Part shown: positions 14,846 to 23,914 of the stretch, one piece after another | How positions within the stretch are numbered: the stretch's first letter is position 1 | Layout of the letters: every line of letters begins with the position of its first letter | Assembly: GCF_004365815.1 (NCBI RefSeq) | Contig: NZ_SODD01000006.1 | Location: 38,929-70,928, forward strand | Source of the DNA: Breznakia blatticola | Lineage (GTDB): Bacteria > Bacillota_I > Bacilli_A > Erysipelotrichales > Erysipelotrichaceae | Reading direction: 5' to 3' | Length of the DNA: 32,000 bases | Made by a program: the position numbers and the translations under genes | The notes under the pieces: model-generated | Seen by the model: only the letters and a program-made list of their open reading frames with translations | Database searches by the model: none | What the model was told of the DNA's origin: nothing

Positions 14846-17728
14846 TTAATTAGATTTTATTGTGTTGTTCTTCTTTAGAATAAATAAGATGAGCGCACTA
14901 GCAACTACAATCAAGTTAACCCAATATACTGCATTTGTTGTATCACCAGTTTCTGGTGAAGTACCTGTAATCACAACATTAGATTCCGTTGGATTTTTAA
15001 CGTTTGAATCTGTTTGATTTTCACCATTTGGATTTATTGGTTTATCAACATTAGGATCTTTTGGCTTATCTGAAGGTTGTTCAACTACAAGTTCTCCTTC
15101 TTTCACTAAAAGAATTGGCTGTCCATCAAGTGCTAGATGAATGTTTTCACCTTCATCAACAAACCATGTCACTTTCTTAGCATGCTTTCCAAATACTGTT
15201 AAGCCTATACTTGTTGCATGTTTAAGGTTTTCTGTATTTCCATTCCATGCAATAATGGTTCCTTCATTTTGTAATTGTGCATCTAGACAATCAATAACAT
15301 CTTCTTGTGTACTTCCTTTTCCAATAAGATAGCCATCTTTTGCGATTTTGATAGATGCAGTGTCACTTGCAAAAAGTGCAGTTCCTAACGTATTAATAAT
15401 TCCTCCATCTACAATTAACTCACCTTCTCCATCAACTTCTACTAAAGAAGCAGTTGTTTGCCCAAACCATTGTCCTACCGCATTAAGTTTCGCATCGCCA
15501 TCAATCAAAATTGTAATTGGTTTCTCAATTGTATTTTTAATATCTAAATTTACATTCGTATTATCAATGAAATCATACACATGAATATCTGCATTGTCTT
15601 CATTCTCACTTGTTATTTCTCTTTCAATACCACCAACAGAAACATAAGCATTAATGTTCTCTCCAGCAAGTTCGAGTGCACTGCGTCCGCTTGTGTATAT
15701 GATTCCACCAACTTCTACATTCACATTTCCATTAGCAAATACGCCAAGATCACCTGCTGTGATATTACCATGTAGATATGCACTTGGTGTCTTTTGAGTA
15801 TGATCATTAACAATATAAAGAGCTGTTTCTATTGCATCAAGATTACCCAAAATATCTAACTGTGCTTCATCTTGAATATAACAACCAACTGTCGCATTTG
15901 AAACTGATCCATTAACAACTACATTTGCTTTTTGATTTGCTGTGATTGCAACAGCAAATACATTTTGTCCATCATCGAAGATTTGACTATCGATATGATT
16001 CACTTCAATATACGCATTTCCTGTCGCAAGTACATGATTAAAATCTTTATTGTTTTTATACTTTAAGTCAACTCCATGATCACCTGTATATGTAAAACGA
16101 AATTCATCATAAACATGTAAAATGTTATGCAATTCATACTTGTATTTTGAAGTATCAATGCTCACATTCGTTTGATAGCCTAGATACGGATGAGTCGATT
16201 CCTCACTACTCAATACAATTTGTTCTTGTTCCACCATGTTTGGGCTACATACTTTAATAATCGTATCTGTGTAATTTAGTGACTTTGTAGCTTCAAGCAC
16301 TTCTTGAATCGAATGATATTCATATTCATCACCTAATCCTATACTAAATTCTCCGATATTTTGTGGATTTACTTCTTTTTCTTTCATCAATGGAACATCT
16401 TTATATGTTAACCACATACTTCCATCTGCTTGTTTTTTCCATACAACATCTTTTGCATTTGTTCCAAATACTGTCACTCCATCTTGGGAATTCTCAGTTT
16501 TTTCACTTTTGTATTCTTCATCTACAGCAACAATAACACCATTGTTTGTAACACCTTTCGCTTGAATTATATCTTCTTGTGTATTTCCTATACCAACTAG
16601 GACACTTTCATCTTCAAGTATTACATCAACACCATTTGCTTTTAGTGTACTCCCTTTTTGATTTATCATTGTTCCAGCATAGGTTAAGCTTCCTTCACCT
16701 TCTACTTCAATTAATGAACCAGCTTTGCTTCCAATAAAATCTCCATATAGTACCAAATGACTTTCATCTTCAAACTCTATTTCGAATCTACTCTTAGTAT
16801 ACATTTCTAAGTCTAAATCTAGTGTAATATTGTTTCCATTAAAACGAATACGCTCGGTATCATTTACACTATATAGCTGTTTTGCTTTTATTCTGATATC
16901 AATATCATCACCATATACACTCATAAGTGTTCCAGAATTAACTTTTGCTTCACCAAGTATTTCTACATCAAAAGAGCATCTAAAGTCAAAAACAAAAGCT
17001 TCACTCGAAACATCTCCATGAACTAAAACTCGAGCTCTTTCTCCTGGTACATTATCTGTAGCATTAATACCATAGTTACAGTCATGAATGCTACCTTTTA
17101 CTTCAAGATATGTTGTATTTGTATTATCAGTAAAATATACAGCATTCCAAAAGAATGAAATATCCCCTTCTATGGTTGCTTGCGCATCATCATATAGTTG
17201 AACTCCAAATTGAATGGGTTTCGCTTGTATGTAGTTTTCATTTCCTTGCACATGCAAAAGACGTACTTTAGCAGAATTACTGATATTTACAGCCGTTTGA
17301 AAACCTTCTAGCAAGTGTACACTTACTCCATGTTCTCCCTCATAGTCAAATACAACATCTCCTTTAACATGAAGTTCGTTTTGAATGATCATTGCAAAGT
17401 TTGTAGTATCAATAACCACATGCTTTAATTTTGAACTGTTAATATTCACCATCTTGGTCATCATTGCAGTTTGATCAATTACATTTACTTTAATAGATGT
17501 GTAGTCATTAACAACTGCATCATTGATAATATCTTGCAATTCCATAAACTCAGTTGCACTTCCTAGCTCATATTCCTTATCATAAGCTATTTGATTGTTT
17601 TGAACAGCAGGTTCTCGATTTGAAGTAATTGTTTGTTTTTTTAAAGTCCCTTGTACTGGCACTATCGATATCGAAACAATCACAACAATTAAAACCGCAT
17701 AAAGGTATGTTTTTAGTTTTCTCATCAT
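14846..17728 (-). CDS. Sortase-anchored cell-surface protein, paralog B
   Basis: The ORF track runs to 17788, but the SD GGAAAGAGGAG precedes ATGATG at 17728, and alignment with paralog A (MIRKLK vs MMRKLK) supports this start. It has the signal peptide ...SIVPVQG/T and SPETG (14945-14959) followed by a TM helix and a basic tail. Confidence 0.85.
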   Translation of the reverse strand: MMRKLKTYLYAVLIVVIVSISIVPVQGTLKKQTITSNREPAVQNNQIAYDKEYELGSATEFMELQDIINDAVVNDYTSIKVNVIDQTAMMTKMVNINSSKLKHVVIDTTNFAMIIQNELHVKGDVVFDYEGEHGVSVHLLEGFQTAVNISNSAKVRLLHVQGNENYIQAKPIQFGVQLYDDAQATIEGDISFFWNAVYFTDNTNTTYLEVKGSIHDCNYGINATDNVPGERARVLVHGDVSSEAFVFDFRCSFDVEILGEAKVNSGTLMSVYGDDIDIRIKAKQLYSVNDTERIRFNGNNITLDLDLEMYTKSRFEIEFEDESHLVLYGDFIGSKAGSLIEVEGEGSLTYAGTMINQKGSTLKANGVDVILEDESVLVGIGNTQEDIIQAKGVTNNGVIVAVDEEYKSEKTENSQDGVTVFGTNAKDVVWKKQADGSMWLTYKDVPLMKEKEVNPQNIGEFSIGLGDEYEYHSIQEVLEATKSLNYTDTIIKVCSPNMVEQEQIVLSSEESTHPYLGYQTNVSIDTSKYKYELHNILHVYDEFRFTYTGDHGVDLKYKNNKDFNHVLATGNAYIEVNHIDSQIFDDGQNVFAVAITANQKANVVVNGSVSNATVGCYIQDEAQLDILGNLDAIETALYIVNDHTQKTPSAYLHGNITAGDLGVFANGNVNVEVGGIIYTSGRSALELAGENINAYVSVGGIEREITSENEDNADIHVYDFIDNTNVNLDIKNTIEKPITILIDGDAKLNAVGQWFGQTTASLVEVDGEGELIVDGGIINTLGTALFASDTASIKIAKDGYLIGKGSTQEDVIDCLDAQLQNEGTIIAWNGNTENLKHATSIGLTVFGKHAKKVTWFVDEGENIHLALDGQPILLVKEGELVVEQPSDKPKDPNVDKPINPNGENQTDSNVKNPTESNVVITGTSPETGDTTNAVYWVNLIVVASALILFILKKNNTIKSN

Positions 17729-17802
17729 TTTCTCCTCTTTCCAAAAACACACATACACAAAATAGTGTTCCATACAAATAGATTGCACAAAACAGTGTAT
17801 AA

Positions 17803-17808
17803 ATTATA
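17803..17808 (-). promoter_or_regulatory. Conserved -10 box (TATAAT) of the putative paralog B promoter
   Basis: It has the same TTTTCGTTATAATTTAT block as at 14709-14725. Confidence 0.4.
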
Positions 17809-17860
17809 ACGAAAACTTAACCAAATAACTACTATAAGTACTTACCATTCATACGTATAA

Positions 17861-17890
17861 AAGGCTATGCATTTTTACATACATAGCCTT
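17861..17890 (-). terminator. Hairpin/terminator after the alcohol dehydrogenase gene, part of the duplicated unit
   Basis: AAGGCTATG (17861-17869) pairs with CATAGCCTT (17882-17890). On the minus strand it is followed by TTATACG. Confidence 0.5.
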
Positions 17891-17911
17891 GACATTTATT
17901 CCATTTTTTGT

Positions 17912-19081
17912 TTAGAAACAACGCTTATAAATTTCAAACACATCATTTGCTTCTAGTGTTTCGTATCCACCGATTTTACCACCTGGACGTGACTTAACAC
18001 ACTCTTCAGCAAGTTCTTTAAAATTTGCATCATTTGGAATACCTAATTCTGCAAAATTCTTTGGTAGTTTCATTGTAACAGTGAAAAATTCATATAACTT
18101 TTGAATTCCTTTTTGCGCACACTTATACGTGTTTTCTTCTTCAACATTAAATACTTCTCTTGCAAAGCGTGCAATACGATCTTTGTTCGTATCATTCAAT
18201 ATATAAGATAACCAAGCTGGTTCTAATAATGCGAGTGTTGCACCATGTGTTACATCATAGTATGCACTTAAAATATGTTGCATTGCATGACAGCTCCAGT
18301 TCTTCCCTGGACCTGATACTAAAAATCCATTGATTGCCCATGTTGATGCCCACATAATATTTGCACGTGCTTCATAATGATTCGGTTCATCTAGTAATAC
18401 TGGACCATACTTTACACATGTCTTCAACAAATCAATCGCTACTTGGTCAGAAATATCACATCCAGCTTCATGATGGAAAAATGTTTCCATGATATGTGAC
18501 ATGATATCTGCTACACCTGATGCGCTTTGAAATGCATTTACAGTATAGGTATATGTTGGATCACAAATGCTAACTTTTGGAAATAGTAAATCATTAGCAA
18601 ACCCTTTTTTACTTTTTGTCTCTGGATTTGTGATAACTGCTGTTTGATCCATTTCACTTCCTGTTGCACTTAATGTAAGTACAGAAATAATAGGCAAAGC
18701 TGCTTTAATCTTTTTCGCATCTAAGATTAGTTCCCATGCATCTTCATCAGAGCAAGCTCCTGCTGCAATTGCTTTTGATGCATCAAGTACACTACCTCCT
18801 CCGACTGCAAGAACTACATCAATATTATGTGTTTTACATAGTTCTACACCTTTTCGTACAGATGCAATGCGTGGGTTTGGTTCAATTCCATTACACTCCA
18901 CAATCGTGCAGTCAGCTAGTAAATTATAGACTTTGTCATACAGTCCTAGTTTTTTTATACTACCTCCACCATACACAAGTAGAACGCGTTTACCAACACT
19001 TGCGACTTCTTCAGGCAAGTGTTGAACTTGATTTTCTCCAAAATGGATTTTCGTTGGGACATAATACGTAAAATTCTTCAT
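17912..19081 (-). CDS. Iron-containing (group III) alcohol dehydrogenase, butanol dehydrogenase/YqhD-like
   Basis: YGGGSIKK, AVGGGSVLDASKAIA, and His-rich metal-site contexts (DIMSHIMETFFH, HAMQH, HGATLA). The ATG at 19081 lies 6 nt after the SD GAGGTG. The GTG at 19090 used by the ORF track is part of that SD. Confidence 0.9.
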   Translation of the reverse strand: MKNFTYYVPTKIHFGENQVQHLPEEVASVGKRVLLVYGGGSIKKLGLYDKVYNLLADCTIVECNGIEPNPRIASVRKGVELCKTHNIDVVLAVGGGSVLDASKAIAAGACSDEDAWELILDAKKIKAALPIISVLTLSATGSEMDQTAVITNPETKSKKGFANDLLFPKVSICDPTYTYTVNAFQSASGVADIMSHIMETFFHHEAGCDISDQVAIDLLKTCVKYGPVLLDEPNHYEARANIMWASTWAINGFLVSGPGKNWSCHAMQHILSAYYDVTHGATLALLEPAWLSYILNDTNKDRIARFAREVFNVEEENTYKCAQKGIQKLYEFFTVTMKLPKNFAELGIPNDANFKELAEECVKSRPGGKIGGYETLEANDVFEIYKRCF

Positions 19082-19177
19082 ATGTTTCACCTCGTTATAT
19101 CTTCATTATAGAATAAATGTTCTTGATATTCTATGAAGATAAAAATGTTCTGCCATAAAGACAAAACACTTTTTCGT

Positions 19178-20014
19178 TTAGTATTGTAAATTTGGATCGA
19201 AAAATCCGATAAGTACTCCAATAAAAGCAATAACAACCAATAACAACATCACTTTTAATGGTGATATTTTCTTCTTGGCTAGTAAATACCAACAGAATAC
19301 AATCACACCAGCTGATAAGAATCCTGGATATACACTATCAAATGTATCTTGTAGCACTAAGAAAGGTTCTTCTGCTCCAGCTGCAGTCATGGTAAATGCA
19401 GTTTTAACAGATACCCAACTTGCTGCTACAGCACCAATAACAATTGCTCCTAACATTGTGATAGATTCACGAATCGCTTCACCTTTTTCACCAACTAAGA
19501 ATTCAACTGCTTTTCCACCTAAATCATATCCTTTATTGAAAATAAATCTCATACCAAAATATGCAAATAAGTTCCAAACAATAATATAGAATATTGCACC
19601 TAGTGGTGATCCACCTGTTGACATCCCCATCGCAATACCAAGTAAGATTGGAATTACAGTTCCAACTACTAATGAATCTCCGATTCCTGCGATTGGTCCC
19701 ATAAGACCTGCACGTAGACCGTTTATTGCTTCATCATCCACATCCTCTGTTCCTGCAGCACGCGCTTCTTCTAAACCAGCTGTAATCCCAACAATAACTG
19801 CTCCTAATTGAGGTTCTGTATTAAAGAATGCAGTATACGTATGAATCGCTTTTAATTGTTCTTCTTTTGTATCATACAGTTCTTCAACAATTGGTAACAT
19901 TGCACATAAGTATCCAAATGTTTGCATATGTTCTTGTGAGAAACACGTTAAGTTACCGTAGTACCATTTATGAAATGACTTTGTTAGTGTCTTTTTTGAA
20001 ATTTTCTTATTCAT
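19178..20014 (-). CDS. PTS mannose/fructose/sorbose-family IID component
   Basis: 278 aa. The N-terminus KSFHKWYYGNLTCFSQEHMQTFGY and FNTEPQLG are typical of ManZ-type IID. Confidence 0.9.
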   Translation of the reverse strand: MNKKISKKTLTKSFHKWYYGNLTCFSQEHMQTFGYLCAMLPIVEELYDTKEEQLKAIHTYTAFFNTEPQLGAVIVGITAGLEEARAAGTEDVDDEAINGLRAGLMGPIAGIGDSLVVGTVIPILLGIAMGMSTGGSPLGAIFYIIVWNLFAYFGMRFIFNKGYDLGGKAVEFLVGEKGEAIRESITMLGAIVIGAVAASWVSVKTAFTMTAAGAEEPFLVLQDTFDSVYPGFLSAGVIVFCWYLLAKKKISPLKVMLLLVVIAFIGVLIGFFDPNLQY

Positions 20015-20854
20015 TTAAATATCCTCCTCATCATCTACATCAATACTTCCTGATGCTTTTTTGGTAATCATCACCATTTTGATGCGGTAGTTAATAATTG
20101 CAAATGTTCCTGCAATTACAGTTGCTGAAACCAAGTTAATTCCTAACGAAGCAGCTAACGTAAACCCAAGGAAGAACATTACAAAATCTGATGCTTTAAC
20201 AACAATTTGTTTTAGTAAAATTGCAATCCCAACACAAGGTAAAAGAGATCCAACTGTAAACAGTGTTTTCATTGCTAGTCCATCCATTGGTAAGTATTCT
20301 TTAATTAAATCAACCATTGGTGCCCCCATTTTACACATAATTAATACGGGAATGAATGAACAAATGATATGAGAAATCCATGGTAATACATAGTTTACAA
20401 TGTTTAATTTGCTTAAATCCCCATCTTCAACGGACTTCCATCCAATATGTTGCCATACAAGGTTAATGGTTGCAGTTCCATAGAATAATACAGTCCCTAA
20501 TGTTCCAACCATGGTTCCAAATGATGCTGCAAGTGATTGTCCATCTAAAGATGCTGCATCTAATCCATAACTTTTTAATGCGATCATCGCTAGTGGAATT
20601 CCAATGTAACTAACTGCACGTACATCTGCAGATACTGTCCCTCCTGGCGTTACGAGTGCAATATACACCAACTGCATCGCAATCCCAACTAAAATTCCTG
20701 ATTGAATATCTCCTAATACAACTCCACATACTAAACCACCAATTAATGGTCTTCCTAGTGTGTAGTTACCAAAAGATGTTCCTCCTAGTCCTGGCATACT
20801 TGATAAACAGGCAAATAAACCAAGTATAGCCGCTTGTAACCAACTAATTTCCAT
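20015..20854 (-). CDS. PTS mannose/fructose/sorbose-family IIC component
   Basis: 279 aa polytopic protein directly abutting IID. RPLIGGLVCGVVLGD is typical of ManY-type IIC. Confidence 0.9.
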   Translation of the reverse strand: MEISWLQAAILGLFACLSSMPGLGGTSFGNYTLGRPLIGGLVCGVVLGDIQSGILVGIAMQLVYIALVTPGGTVSADVRAVSYIGIPLAMIALKSYGLDAASLDGQSLAASFGTMVGTLGTVLFYGTATINLVWQHIGWKSVEDGDLSKLNIVNYVLPWISHIICSFIPVLIMCKMGAPMVDLIKEYLPMDGLAMKTLFTVGSLLPCVGIAILLKQIVVKASDFVMFFLGFTLAASLGINLVSATVIAGTFAIINYRIKMVMITKKASGSIDVDDEEDI

Positions 20855-20880
20855 ACTCTAAACCCTCTTTTCTTTCTTTA

Positions 20881-21372
20881 TTAATAACCAAATTTACTTT
20901 TAAAGTTTGACCATGCACCAATAGATACATCAGGTAGTAGCGAAAACTCTACTGCATATCCTGCTTTTTCTATTGCTTCTAAACAGTCCGCTTCTATTTG
21001 TGTAATACTTTGATTATTTCCTAATTTAACTGCATTTTCTCGATCATTACATGGTCCAACAATTACATTGTTGATACCTGGTTGAAAACCTAAATCTACC
21101 AAGATTCGTTTCATATCAACTGGATCCTTACAAATCAAGAAATACTTTGTATCGCTTTCCAATACCTTTTGACATTTCTTTTCAAATTCTTCCATTGTCC
21201 AAACAAATGTCTTTTTTCCACTCGCAGATTTATATGCTGCTTTTAAAATATCGTTATTTGCTGCTTTGTCATTAACTGCAATCAACCCATCACATGGGTA
21301 TTCAAGAGCCCAACGTGTACAAGTTTGACCATGAATCATGCGGTCATCTACTCTAATAAATGTAACTGCCAT
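20881..21372 (-). CDS. PTS mannose-family IIB component
   Basis: IRVDDRMIHGQ phospho-histidine motif, 163 aa. Confidence 0.9.
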   Translation of the reverse strand: MAVTFIRVDDRMIHGQTCTRWALEYPCDGLIAVNDKAANNDILKAAYKSASGKKTFVWTMEEFEKKCQKVLESDTKYFLICKDPVDMKRILVDLGFQPGINNVIVGPCNDRENAVKLGNNQSITQIEADCLEAIEKAGYAVEFSLLPDVSIGAWSNFKSKFGY

Positions 21373-21384
21373 CTTTTTTACCTC

Positions 21385-21807
21385 CTAAATGTCTTCTTCT
21401 TCATCTACAACAAATGAGAATTGTCGTAATCCTGCACTTGCTTCTTGCAAAACTTGATCAACTAATTCTTGTCCATGATAGGTATCTTTCATCAATGCCG
21501 TCGTCAATACTAAAGGCAAATTCATTCCACCAATAACAACTAGATTTTGACTCAATCCATGTTCACTTAATATGCTCATCGCTGTTGTTAATGGCGAGCC
21601 ACCAATTAAATCACCAACCAATACAACTGCATCTTCAGGATGAATATCACAAATTGCTTCTTTCATTAATATGGTAAAATCATCAATTCCTTTTCCATCC
21701 TCTAGCCCGATTGCTAGACACTCTTTTTTATCTCCAACAAGCATTGTTAATGCATTTTTTAACCCACTAGCAAACTGCCCATGAGATACCATAATCAAGT
21801 AGTTCAT
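21385..21807 (-). CDS. PTS mannose-family IIA component
   Basis: MNYLIMVSHGQFASG is the active-site His context. The ATG at 21807 follows the SD GAGGGA, and the track start at 21819 overlaps that SD. Confidence 0.85.
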   Translation of the reverse strand: MNYLIMVSHGQFASGLKNALTMLVGDKKECLAIGLEDGKGIDDFTILMKEAICDIHPEDAVVLVGDLIGGSPLTTAMSILSEHGLSQNLVVIGGMNLPLVLTTALMKDTYHGQELVDQVLQEASAGLRQFSFVVDEEEDI

Positions 21808-21908
21808 CTTGTCCCTCATTTCTATTACACTTGCATTCTAGCAAGAAAGCCCTTTCATTCCATCTGCACATTGTCACTACTTTTATATGAATTTTTCACA
21901 ATTAGAAA

Positions 21909-21920
21909 TGACATTTGTCA
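21909..21920. promoter_or_regulatory. Palindrome TGACATTTGTCA upstream of the PTS operon (candidate response-regulator site)
   Basis: Perfect 5-bp inverted half-sites with a 2-bp spacer, followed by CAAAAAAATAG. A near-identical element is at 26245-26267, and an extra TGTCAC half-site is at 21872-21877. Confidence 0.4.
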
Positions 21921-21948
21921 CAAAAAAATAGCATAGCTTTTCGCCATA

Positions 21949-23256
21949 CTATTCTTTTAAATATTTATTAATTTCCTTTTGTAGTCGAATAAGTGCAATA
22001 TCGATATCTTCACTATTCATCATTATTTGTTGTAGTCTTGTATCAATAAGAGCTCGAGCAGACTCATACTTTTTAAATTGACTATGTGAAGTTGTATCCT
22101 CCATAACATCCGTTAACATACTTAAATTTACCATTCCTTCTTCATTCTCAATTTGAATGGCTTCGATTGTTTCACTCGATTCTGTCACGGATCTAAGTGG
22201 AGAAATTCCTTGTGAGTTTTTAATTAAATGAAGTTGTGTATTTTCATCATATGATAACTTCTTCAAAAACTTCCAAGCAACATCTTCATGATTTGTTCTT
22301 GTTGACATTCCTAATAGCATCGTAGATGTTTCTGAATTGCCACTGTTTGCATCAACAGAAGGCATTTTTAAACAATCCCATTCAAAGTTTGAATATTTTT
22401 TTACGCGCCATGGATATGGTTTATACGTTCGATATTGTGAGAGTTGCATCGGTGAAAATGCAACTTTCCCTTTATCAAAATCTTCAGCTGTGACAGTATT
22501 TCCTTGATGCAAATCCATCAGTTTCTTTGCATATATAATTGATTCTTTCACACGATCTTCGCCAACGTAACACTCTTGTCCATCTTCATCAAACAGTTCT
22601 ACAGAATGTGCAAACATGGAATCTAACCAATCATAGTCATAACACCCATACTGATCCACGTTTCCATCGCCATCTATATCTTTTGTGACCTGTTTTGCAA
22701 TTGTATACAAGTCATCAAGCGTCCATTCGTTATTTGGTATAGCTATACCTTCCTTTTCCAATAGCGTTTTATTCACAAACATTAATGTTGGATTACTCTC
22801 AAATGGTAATGCATATTGTTTATCTTGATAGACACCAAAATCTAGTGCACTCTTGTAGTATTTATCTGTATCAAAACTTTGATCTTCTTCCACTAGAGTA
22901 TTCAAGTTTTTAAGAACACCTAGTGAACTAAACGTATTAAAATCTTCATTTAATACGACAAACACGTCCGGTTCATTACCTTGTACAATTTGATTCGATA
23001 ACCATAAAGAGTAATCCTCTTTTAAAACTCCACTATCGTATTCAATTTGCACATTTGGATTTTCTTTTTCAAATGCAGCAATCGCTTCATCTATCACTTC
23101 ATATGTTTTTCCACTTGGTACATCCCAGTTACTTCCTGCAAATATACCTAAGCGAATCACGATTGGTTGATTGTATGTATAAACACCAAAGATTACCCCA
23201 CCAACAAGTAATGCACATACAAGTAATAGCTTCACTTTATTGCGCTTCATCTTCAA
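21949..23256 (-). CDS. Family-1 (MalE-like) extracellular solute-binding protein, membrane-tethered, orphan
   Basis: 435 aa. It has an N-terminal TM anchor without a canonical lipobox, and IRLGIFAGSNW...PDVFVV...ALPFESNP are typical of carbohydrate SBP_bac_1 proteins. It overlaps the RR gene by 20 nt. Confidence 0.85.
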   Translation of the reverse strand: MKMKRNKVKLLLVCALLVGGVIFGVYTYNQPIVIRLGIFAGSNWDVPSGKTYEVIDEAIAAFEKENPNVQIEYDSGVLKEDYSLWLSNQIVQGNEPDVFVVLNEDFNTFSSLGVLKNLNTLVEEDQSFDTDKYYKSALDFGVYQDKQYALPFESNPTLMFVNKTLLEKEGIAIPNNEWTLDDLYTIAKQVTKDIDGDGNVDQYGCYDYDWLDSMFAHSVELFDEDGQECYVGEDRVKESIIYAKKLMDLHQGNTVTAEDFDKGKVAFSPMQLSQYRTYKPYPWRVKKYSNFEWDCLKMPSVDANSGNSETSTMLLGMSTRTNHEDVAWKFLKKLSYDENTQLHLIKNSQGISPLRSVTESSETIEAIQIENEEGMVNLSMLTDVMEDTTSHSQFKKYESARALIDTRLQQIMMNSEDIDIALIRLQKEINKYLKE

Positions 23257-23914
23257 AATCCTTTAGTGTATGTCCATTTTGAACTGCCCAAATGGCAAGT
23301 TGTGTGCGATCTCGAAGATTCAACTTAGATAATATCGAACTCAGATAATTCCTTACAGTTCCTTCAGATAAATATAGCTTTGCAGCAATTTCTTTATTTG
23401 ATAAGCCAAATGCAACTTGTTGAATGACTCTCCATTCCGGTTTTGCAATATCTTTGGTATATGTTTCATCTACTTGAATGGTGTAATTGTTTTTTGACAT
23501 CTTAGAAAACACACCAAATACTTTTGTTGCGATATCTGGATTGATCATTGCACCACCTTGATTCACGGTACATATAGCATGATAGAGTTCATCCATCCCG
23601 ACTCCTTTAAGTAGATATCCGCTGGCTCCATATGCAAGTGCACTAAAAACAAACTCATCATCAAAGGTTGTAAGAATAATAATTTTTGTATCAGGATATA
23701 ACGTTTTCACTTCTTTTGTACAAACCACACCATCCATATTGGGCATACGAATATCCATAAGAATAATGTCTGCTTGTTTATGTTGTAATTGTTCTAAGAC
23801 ATCCAATCCATCACAGGCAACTCCTATAACTTCTAAGTCTTCATGTGTTTTTAAAACAATCGAAAGTGATTCGCGAATTAACTCCTGATCATCTGCGATG
23901 AGTACTTTAATCAT
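23237..23914 (-). CDS. NarL/FixJ (LuxR-type HTH) response regulator
   Basis: Receiver domain motifs VLIADDQ...ILMDIRMPNMDG. The C-terminal HTH is LSNKEIAAKLYLSEGTVRNYLSSILSKL. Confidence 0.92.
   Translation of the reverse strand: MIKVLIADDQELIRESLSIVLKTHEDLEVIGVACDGLDVLEQLQHKQADIILMDIRMPNMDGVVCTKEVKTLYPDTKIIILTTFDDEFVFSALAYGASGYLLKGVGMDELYHAICTVNQGGAMINPDIATKVFGVFSKMSKNNYTIQVDETYTKDIAKPEWRVIQQVAFGLSNKEIAAKLYLSEGTVRNYLSSILSKLNLRDRTQLAIWAVQNGHTLKDFEDEAQ

Larger units (their letters stand above)
11700..17895 (-). repeat. Tandem duplication, two ~3.09 kb units (hairpin + leader + ~2.9 kb gene)
   Basis: The hairpin copies at 14771 and 17861 are 3090 nt apart. The leaders share several exact blocks. 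The proteins are collinear along their full length. Confidence 0.85.

Noticed and set aside
11825-17777. Small ORFs within the two surface-protein genes, on either strand (11825-12052, 12435-12623, 13868-14092, 15141-15332, 15348-15584, 15581-15775, 16830-17021, 17580-17777).
   Set aside because: All are nested in the long, paralog-supported minus-strand frames. None has an SD or is conserved between the two copies as an independent frame.
17729-17788. A 20-codon N-terminal extension (MQSICMEHYFVYVCFWKEEK) of surface protein B in the ORF track.
   Set aside because: The extension covers the conserved leader and the SD GGAAAGAGGAG. Paralog A starts at the equivalent MIRKLK, and the signal peptide only makes sense from MMRKLK.
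11700-17895. Phase-variation switch (invertible promoter or long homopolymer tract) controlling the surface proteins.
   Set aside because: I found no inverted repeats flanking the promoter, no recombinase nearby, and no homopolymer longer than ~7 nt in the 5' coding regions. The hairpins are direct, not inverted, copies.
19091-19177. Imperfect palindrome between PTS IID and adh, considered as a terminator.
   Set aside because: The stem is AT-rich and interrupted and has no clear T-tract on the minus strand. It is equally compatible with an operator or promoter (a TATAAT lies within it), so it is not called as a feature and is only mentioned under the PTS/adh finding.
18736-20067. Plus-strand ORFs 18736-19071, 19275-19589 and 19828-20067, antisense to the adh and PTS IID genes.
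   Set aside because: They are shadow ORFs inside strongly supported genes.
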